NCBI GenBank assembly: GCA_033763905.1
Contig: JANRJP010000102.1
Location: 40,430 to 104,429, forward strand
DNA: 64,000 bases
Source: Gemmatimonadaceae bacterium
Lineage (GTDB): Bacteria; Gemmatimonadota; Gemmatimonadetes; Gemmatimonadales; Gemmatimonadaceae
Direction: 5' to 3'
Of the stretch, positions 58,242 to 64,000 are shown one piece after another. The position numbers and the translations under genes were made by a program. Under the pieces are notes generated by a model. That model had not been told where the DNA came from. It saw nothing but the letters and a program-made list of their open reading frames with translations, and did no database searches. The number at the start of each line of letters is the position of its first letter. The stretch's first letter is position 1.

Positions 58242-59401
58242 GCCGCCGCGCGATCATCCTCGTGCTCGATGGCGTCGGTATCGGGGAAGCCCCCGATGCC
58301 GCCGCCTACGGCGACGTGGGCTCCAACACCTTGGGCAACATCGCCCGCGCGGTGGGCGGGCTCGCCCTGCCCAATTTGGAGCGGCTGGGACTGGGAAACA
58401 TCGCGCCCCTTCTCGGCGTCGCGCCGACCGACGCGGCGCAGGCGGCCTGGGGGATGCTCACACCCTCGTCGGCGGGCAAGGACAGCACCACCGGCCACTG
58501 GGAGATCGCGGGCGTCGTGCTCGACCGGCCCTTCCCGACATACCCCACCGGCTTTCCCGCCGAGGTCGTCGAGGAGTTCGCGCGGCGGACGGGACGTCCG
58601 GTGATCGGCAACGTGGTCGGCTCGGGAACGGACGTGCTGGTGCGCTATGGCGAGGAGCACCAGCGCAGCGGCGCGTGGATTCTCTACACCTCGGCGGACT
58701 CGGTCTTCCAGATCGCCGCGCACGAGGAAACCGTGCCGCTCGACGAGCTGTACCGCGCGTGCGAAACCGCGCGTGCCCTGCTGGTGCCCCCCCACGACGT
58801 CAGCCGAGTGATCGCGCGACCGTTCGTGGGACGACCCGGCGCGTGGTCGCGGACCGCCAACCGTCGCGACTACTCGCTGGCGCCACCGCGGGAGACCTTG
58901 CTCGACCGGTTGGCGGCGGCCGGCGTCCCTCGACACAGCATCGGCAAGGTGGACGACCTCTTTGCCGGCCGCGCGATTCGCGGCGCACACACGGCGTCCA
59001 ATGCCGAAGGGGTCGACGCCCTGCTGGATTGGCTGTCCCGCGGGGATGGGTTCTGCTTCGCGAACCTCGTAGATTTCGACCAACTGTACGGCCACCGCAA
59101 TGACACCGCGGGGTTCGACGGTGCGCTGCGGGCGTTCGACGCTGCCGTGCCCGCGATCCTCGCGCGCCTGGGCCCAGAGGACCTCCTGTTCATCACCGCC
59201 GACCACGGCAACGACCCGACCACGGCTTCGACCGACCACGCGCGCGAGTGCGTCCCGCTGCTCGCGTGCGGGGCTGCGGTCCGGCCGCGCAGTGTGGGCG
59301 TTCGCGCGAGTTTCGCCGACTTGGGGGCGACCGTGGGCGAGTGGCTCGAGGTCCCGCTGCCGGGCCCGGGCGTGTCGTTCTGCCGGACCCTGCTGTCGTG
59401 A
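58238..59401 (+). CDS. deoB: Phosphopentomutase
   Basis: VLDGVGIG, GKDSTTGHWE, YTSADSVFQIAAHE, NLVDFD..YGHR.D, TADHGNDP. Confidence 0.94.
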   Translation: MSRRAIILVLDGVGIGEAPDAAAYGDVGSNTLGNIARAVGGLALPNLERLGLGNIAPLLGVAPTDAAQAAWGMLTPSSAGKDSTTGHWEIAGVVLDRPFPTYPTGFPAEVVEEFARRTGRPVIGNVVGSGTDVLVRYGEEHQRSGAWILYTSADSVFQIAAHEETVPLDELYRACETARALLVPPHDVSRVIARPFVGRPGAWSRTANRRDYSLAPPRETLLDRLAAAGVPRHSIGKVDDLFAGRAIRGAHTASNAEGVDALLDWLSRGDGFCFANLVDFDQLYGHRNDTAGFDGALRAFDAAVPAILARLGPEDLLFITADHGNDPTTASTDHARECVPLLACGAAVRPRSVGVRASFADLGATVGEWLEVPLPGPGVSFCRTLLS

Positions 59402-59811
59402 TCGACTGGACCACGCTCCGAAGCGCCGCGCAGGCCGCGATGGGACGCGCCTATGCGCCCTATTCGTCCTACCCGGTCGGAGCGGCGCTGATGTGCGAAG
59501 ACGGCACGGTCGTGACCGGCTGCAACGTCGAGAACGCCTCGTATCCCGCGGGCATCTGCGCCGAACGAACGGCCGTGGCGGCCGCCGTCGCGCAGGGGCA
59601 CCGTCGATTCGCTCGTCTGGCGATCTGCACCGGCAGTGGCCCTGTGGCGTCACCCTGCGGCATCTGCCGGCAGGTCCTGATGGAATTCGCTCCGTCCCTG
59701 GAAATCGTGAGCTTTACTGTTGATGGCCGAGAGGCCTCGTGGACGCTGGCGTCGCTGTTGCCCGCGCCCTTCGTGCTCGAGTCCCACGACCGCACGAGCG
59801 GGGTCGCCTGA
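59398..59811 (+). CDS. cdd: Cytidine deaminase (homotetrameric type)
   Basis: AYAPYS.YPVGAA, GCNVENASY, CAERTA, PCGICRQ. Confidence 0.94.
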   Translation: MIDWTTLRSAAQAAMGRAYAPYSSYPVGAALMCEDGTVVTGCNVENASYPAGICAERTAVAAAVAQGHRRFARLAICTGSGPVASPCGICRQVLMEFAPSLEIVSFTVDGREASWTLASLLPAPFVLESHDRTSGVA

Positions 59812-61121
59812 TGCGAGCCGTCGTGTCTCGCACCCGCCGCGCCGCGGCCGTCGTACTGGCGTTGGTCGGTGCGGCAGGGATGGCCTCGTGCGGTGGCGAT
59901 GAAATCGGCACTGCCGGTTGCCCCATTCTGTGCCCGGGCGCCTCCGGCGCACTGCTCGACTCGACCTTCGAGGCGGTGTCGCTCGACAGCTCGCTGACCG
60001 GCGTGCCCGCCGACGGCGTCGAGAACGAACTGCTGCTCGCCTCGAATGCCGCGCAGAACGTCGATCTGCGCGTGCTGATCCGCTTCGACTCGGTCGACGC
60101 CAGCTACGCCCCGACGTTCGCCGACTCGCTGCGCCCCATCACCGCGCCGGACAGCGCCCGGCTGACGATTCGCATCGACACCGTGGTGTCGCGCGCGACC
60201 GCGCCCTTCACGATCGACGTCTTCAACATCGACACCACGACCGCCGACACGGCGCGGGTCCCGCTGATCGGCCTCTTCCGCCCCGATCGGTTGCTCGGCA
60301 GCCGGACGGTCGCGCCGGATTCGATTCGGGATACCCTCACCTTGCCGATCAACCGGGTGCAGCTCGCCGCCGCGCTCGCCTCGTCAGCCCGGCTCCGCCT
60401 TGGTCTGCGCGTGACGACGACGGGCCGCGCGAATCTGCTCGTCGGAACCGTCGATGGCGCGCGGCCCGCGCAACTGCGGTACAAGCCGGCGTCCGATTCC
60501 GGGCTGCCGACGTACGTCTACACGCCGTTGTCGCGCACCCCGGGCGACAACGCGGTCCTCGCGTCGTTGCTCCGCGATCGCGCGCTGGTCGTCAGCGGCG
60601 CGCCCGTGATGACCTCGGCCCAACTCGCGATTGGCGGTGTGCCGAACTACCGCAGCTTCATCGCGTTCGCGGCGCCCGCCCGCATCATCGACTCGACCGA
60701 AGTCGTGCGAGCGACGATCGAGATCACGCAGCTGCCATTCGTCGGGCCGCGCGTGCGCGACACGATCGGCGTGTATCCGCTGATCGTGTCGGCCGGACAG
60801 GAAGCGTCGATCACACGGGCGACGGATCTCGCGGTGGCCCCGGTGTCGACGTTCCGCGAATCGCTGGGCAAGTACGCCTTCACCGATTCGCTGCGGCTCT
60901 TGCCGGGCGACAGCGGCGTGCGCCGCTTCGACATCACCGCGGCGGTACGGGAATGGCGCGTCTCCGGCCCCAACGGGATGCGGCGCGCGATCGTGCTGCG
61001 CGTGGGCCCCGAGAACACCGAAAGTGGTCAACTGCGGTTCTGGTCGCGCGAGGCGGCGGCCGGGCTTCGCCCGCGTCTCCGACTCGTCTTTGCCCCGCGT
61101 CAGGGGAGTGGGTTGCCGTGA
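59811..61121 (+). CDS. Predicted lipoprotein of unknown function
   Basis: Lipobox-like GMAS-C after a hydrophobic signal; beta-rich Ser/Thr-rich body; GC(P)..C(P) motif near the N-terminus. Confidence 0.7.
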   Translation: MRAVVSRTRRAAAVVLALVGAAGMASCGGDEIGTAGCPILCPGASGALLDSTFEAVSLDSSLTGVPADGVENELLLASNAAQNVDLRVLIRFDSVDASYAPTFADSLRPITAPDSARLTIRIDTVVSRATAPFTIDVFNIDTTTADTARVPLIGLFRPDRLLGSRTVAPDSIRDTLTLPINRVQLAAALASSARLRLGLRVTTTGRANLLVGTVDGARPAQLRYKPASDSGLPTYVYTPLSRTPGDNAVLASLLRDRALVVSGAPVMTSAQLAIGGVPNYRSFIAFAAPARIIDSTEVVRATIEITQLPFVGPRVRDTIGVYPLIVSAGQEASITRATDLAVAPVSTFRESLGKYAFTDSLRLLPGDSGVRRFDITAAVREWRVSGPNGMRRAIVLRVGPENTESGQLRFWSREAAAGLRPRLRLVFAPRQGSGLP

Positions 61122-62275
61122 TCACGAACCGCTTTGCCGCCGCCACGCGCGGGGCTTGGGTGACCGCGCTGCTGCTGGCTTCGGCCGCACCGCTTGCGGC
61201 GCAGGGGAATCTCGGCACGCAGGGATTGGGATACCCGGTGGGCCAACTCTCGACCCGCGCGCGGAGTCTGGGCGGCGCCGTGGTCGAGCAGGATCCGATT
61301 TCGGCAACCAATCCTGCGTCGGTCGCGCTCTGGGGGCGCGCCGCGATTCACGTGCAGTTCGAACCGGAACGGCGCGCGACGACCGTCCCGGGCGCGTCGG
61401 ATCTCACCGGCGTGACGCGCTTCCCGATGATCGCGGCCGGCATCGGTCTGGGCAGTCGTGCGGCCATCGCCTTGCACATTTCGTCGTTCCTCGATCGCAC
61501 CTGGCTCAACGAGTTCCGGGGAACGGAGATCGTGGGCCCCGACACCTCTGCGTTCACCGAGCGCACCGGTGTGCGCGGCGCGTTGGCCGACACGCGGCTC
61601 GTCTTCGGCGTGCAGCTGCCGGCCAAGTTGCGCGTCGGGCTCGCGGCGCACGCGATCACGGGTGAGCATCGGCTCAACACGCGCCGCGCCTACGACACGG
61701 CGTCTGCGTTGATCGGCTTCTCCCGCAGCCAGTCGCTCCGCTACGCAGGGCGCGCCCTGTCGATCGGGGCGGGGTGGGATCCCACCTCGTGGATTTCGTT
61801 CGGCGTGTCGAAGCGATTCGGCGGCGATCTCGACGCGGTGAACGACACCGTGGGCTTCCGTGCCGATGGGCGTGTGCCGGATCGGTGGGGCGCCGGCCTC
61901 GCGGTGGAAGCGGCGCGCGGATTCGTCGTGTCGGCGCGTCACGAACGGGTGGAGTGGACCGCGTTGCGGCCGCTGGTGGAGTCGCCGATTCCGGTGACCG
62001 ACGGCCGCGAGACTTCGGTCGGCGCGGAGTACGGTGCGGCGTCGATATTCCGGCTGCCGGCGTCGCTGCGTCTGGGGTGGAGTGACCGGCAGCTGCCGTT
62101 CGGGGTTGGCACCAACACCGTGCGCGAGCGCGGGCTGGCCGGTGGCCTCGGCCTGCTGTTCGCCGGCGGGCGCTTTGCCGTCGACGTCGGGTATCAGGTG
62201 GCGCGCCGCACCGCGGGGGCGAACGTCTCCGAGACCGGCTCGTTCGTCTCGCTTGGGATCGCCGTCCGCCCCTGA
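61118..62275 (+). CDS. Predicted outer-membrane beta-barrel (FadL/PorV-like)
   Basis: Signal peptide (APLAA-Q), ARSLGG...NPA plug-like motif, alternating amphipathic strands to the C-terminus. Confidence 0.6.
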   Translation: MITNRFAAATRGAWVTALLLASAAPLAAQGNLGTQGLGYPVGQLSTRARSLGGAVVEQDPISATNPASVALWGRAAIHVQFEPERRATTVPGASDLTGVTRFPMIAAGIGLGSRAAIALHISSFLDRTWLNEFRGTEIVGPDTSAFTERTGVRGALADTRLVFGVQLPAKLRVGLAAHAITGEHRLNTRRAYDTASALIGFSRSQSLRYAGRALSIGAGWDPTSWISFGVSKRFGGDLDAVNDTVGFRADGRVPDRWGAGLAVEAARGFVVSARHERVEWTALRPLVESPIPVTDGRETSVGAEYGAASIFRLPASLRLGWSDRQLPFGVGTNTVRERGLAGGLGLLFAGGRFAVDVGYQVARRTAGANVSETGSFVSLGIAVRP

Positions 62276-62285
62276 TCAGCGGCCG

Positions 62286-63515
62286 ATGCGCGTCTGGCTC
62301 CGCACCTGGGGGTGCCGAGCCAACGCGTACGACACGCAGCAGGTCGAAGCGCGGTTGCGGCGCGCGGGGCTGTCGGTGGCGTCATCGCCGAACGAGGCCG
62401 ATGTCGCCGTCCTGAACTCCTGCGCGGTGACCGCCGAGGCGGTCGCCGATTTGCGGCAAGGTGCTCGCCGTGCCGCCCGCGAGAATCCCGGACTCCGCAC
62501 GATCGTGATGGGCTGCGCGGCCGCCCTGGACGACGGCAGCATTTCGGCGTTGCCCACGGTGACCGATGTGATCGCGGGTGGTGATGTGGACGCCGTCGCC
62601 GCGGCGCTCGGCCTGCCGCCGGATGCGCGACCAGCCGAGGCGCAGTCCGATGCTCGAGCCACACTGCGGGTGCAGGATGGCTGCGATGAGCACTGCACGT
62701 TCTGCGCAACCACGCAGGCCCGTGGGGCGAATCGCTCGCGCACCGCCGAAGCGTTGGTTGCCGAAGCGCGAATGCTCGCGGTCACCCACCCGGAGATCGT
62801 GCTGACCGGCGTGCACGTCGGGACGTACGGGGCGGATCTGGGCACCTCACTTGGCGCCCTGCTCACGCGTCTGGTCGAGGAGGTGCCCACGACGCGATTC
62901 CGGCTGGCGAGTGTCGAAGCGACGGAAGTCTGCGATCCGCTGCGGATGCTGCTCCGCGACGGCGGCGACCGCGTCGCGCCGTACCTGCACGCGCCGTTGC
63001 AGAGCGGGTCGGACGCCGTGCTGCGCCGAATGGGGCGCCACTGGTACACCGCCGATCGCTACCGCCAGGCCGTGGAGCGACTCGTGGACGGGCGCGCCGT
63101 GTTCGGCCTCGGCGCGGACATCATCACGGGGTTCCCCGGTGAAACCGACGCCGACCACCGCGCGACGATGTCGCTGGTCGAGGCGCTGCCCTTTACGCAT
63201 CTGCACGTCTTTCCGTGGTCGCCGCGTCCTGGGACGGCGGCGACCAAGCTGGGGGCCGCGGTGGCGCCGGCGGTGGCGCGTGCGCGAGCGGCGGAGTTGC
63301 GCGCGCTGGGGCGAGCGAAGGCCGACGCCTATGCCCGGCGGCGTGTCGGGGGGCGCGCGACGGCGGTCGTGGTGCAGGGCGGACCGGCCCCCGAGGGGGT
63401 CACGGAGGATTATCTTTCGGTGCTGCTCCCGGCGGGCGCCACCCGGCGAACCGTCGTCCGTGGCCGACTGGCCGCCACCGGCCGCGGTCGCTTGCAGCTT
63501 GTCCCTGATCCCTAA
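62286..63515 (+). CDS. mtaB: Radical SAM methylthiotransferase, MtaB-like
   Basis: TWGCRAN, NSCAVT, VQDGCDEHCTFC (CxxxCxxC), LQSGSD, DIITGFPGET, HVFPWS.RPGT. Confidence 0.85.
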   Translation: MRVWLRTWGCRANAYDTQQVEARLRRAGLSVASSPNEADVAVLNSCAVTAEAVADLRQGARRAARENPGLRTIVMGCAAALDDGSISALPTVTDVIAGGDVDAVAAALGLPPDARPAEAQSDARATLRVQDGCDEHCTFCATTQARGANRSRTAEALVAEARMLAVTHPEIVLTGVHVGTYGADLGTSLGALLTRLVEEVPTTRFRLASVEATEVCDPLRMLLRDGGDRVAPYLHAPLQSGSDAVLRRMGRHWYTADRYRQAVERLVDGRAVFGLGADIITGFPGETDADHRATMSLVEALPFTHLHVFPWSPRPGTAATKLGAAVAPAVARARAAELRALGRAKADAYARRRVGGRATAVVVQGGPAPEGVTEDYLSVLLPAGATRRTVVRGRLAATGRGRLQLVPDP

Positions 63516-63518
63516 GTA

Positions 63519-64000
63519 ATGCTTTCCGAACCGCGCACGGTCTTCATCGAGACCTACGGTTGCCAGATGAACGTGAGCGATTCCGAGCTGATGCTCGGCA
63601 AGCTCGCGGCCGTCGGCTACGAGCCGGTGGATTCGCCGGACGGCGCCGACGTCATTCTGGTAAACACCTGCGCGATTCGCGAGAACGCGGAGCAGCGGGT
63701 GATCGGACGGGTGGGCGAGCTCAAGCGTTCGATGAAGCCGTCGACGATCGTCGGCGTGACCGGCTGTATGGCGCAGCGGCTGGGGCCCCGCCTGCTCGAG
63801 CAGGCGAAGCACGTGTCGCTCGTGATCGGTCCCGATGGCTACCGCGCATTGCCCGAGCTCATCGCGCGGGCCGAGCGGGGCCAGCGGGTCACGGCGACGG
63901 ACTTCGATCTCGAGGAGCACTACGAGGACTTCCAGCCGAAGCGCTTCGACAAGGTGAAGGCGTGGATTCCCGTGCAGCGCGGCTGCGACTACAAGTGCAC
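63519..64000 (+). CDS. miaB: tRNA methylthiotransferase MiaB (5' part, truncated by window end)
   Basis: Own translation MLSEPRTVFIETYGCQMNVSDSE...NTCAIRENAE...GCMAQ...VQRGCDYKC. Confidence 0.9.
   Translation, partial: MLSEPRTVFIETYGCQMNVSDSELMLGKLAAVGYEPVDSPDGADVILVNTCAIRENAEQRVIGRVGELKRSMKPSTIVGVTGCMAQRLGPRLLEQAKHVSLVIGPDGYRALPELIARAERGQRVTATDFDLEEHYEDFQPKRFDKVKAWIPVQRGCDYKC

Overview
High-GC (~70% by eye) bacterial chromosomal segment. Gene content and protein style suggest Gemmatimonadota (inference, not a database result). About 60 CDSs and one tRNA-Val(TAC); every gene except mazG is on the + strand and most overlap stop/start (GTGA/ATGA). Blocks: (1) yggS-divIVA-pnp-ileS-dksA/traR-lspA-lspA-rluD. 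(2) An ~18.4 kb coupled cluster in which a chemosensory pathway with no chemoreceptor gene in the window (CheW x3, CheY, CheA, CheC, CheR, CheD, CheB) brackets a core of TPR, DUF4388/PATAN-like and three Roadblock/MglB proteins, the small GTPase MglA, and a protein of two tandem DnaA-type AAA+ modules with no DNA-binding domain. This is the best candidate for an undescribed polarity/cell-cycle signalling system. (3) A small membrane ORF, tRNA-Val and a secreted TPR protein. (4) A dcw cluster rsmH-ftsZ lacking mraZ, murB and ddl, with a ~33% GC spacer between murG and murC surrounded by perfect DnaA boxes (TTTTCCACA) written into murG/murC codons and more boxes upstream of ftsZ: a candidate oriC or DnaA-binding locus. 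(5) vWA protein, ftsY, recG, a tandem paralogue pair and asnS. (6) Nucleoside salvage genes, alr, a lipoprotein/beta-barrel pair, mtaB and partial miaB. A recurrent TANNTT-N6-start motif suggests leaderless promoters, often built on the upstream stop codon. No mobile elements or CRISPR seen. Many start codons were re-called downstream of the ORF-track starts.
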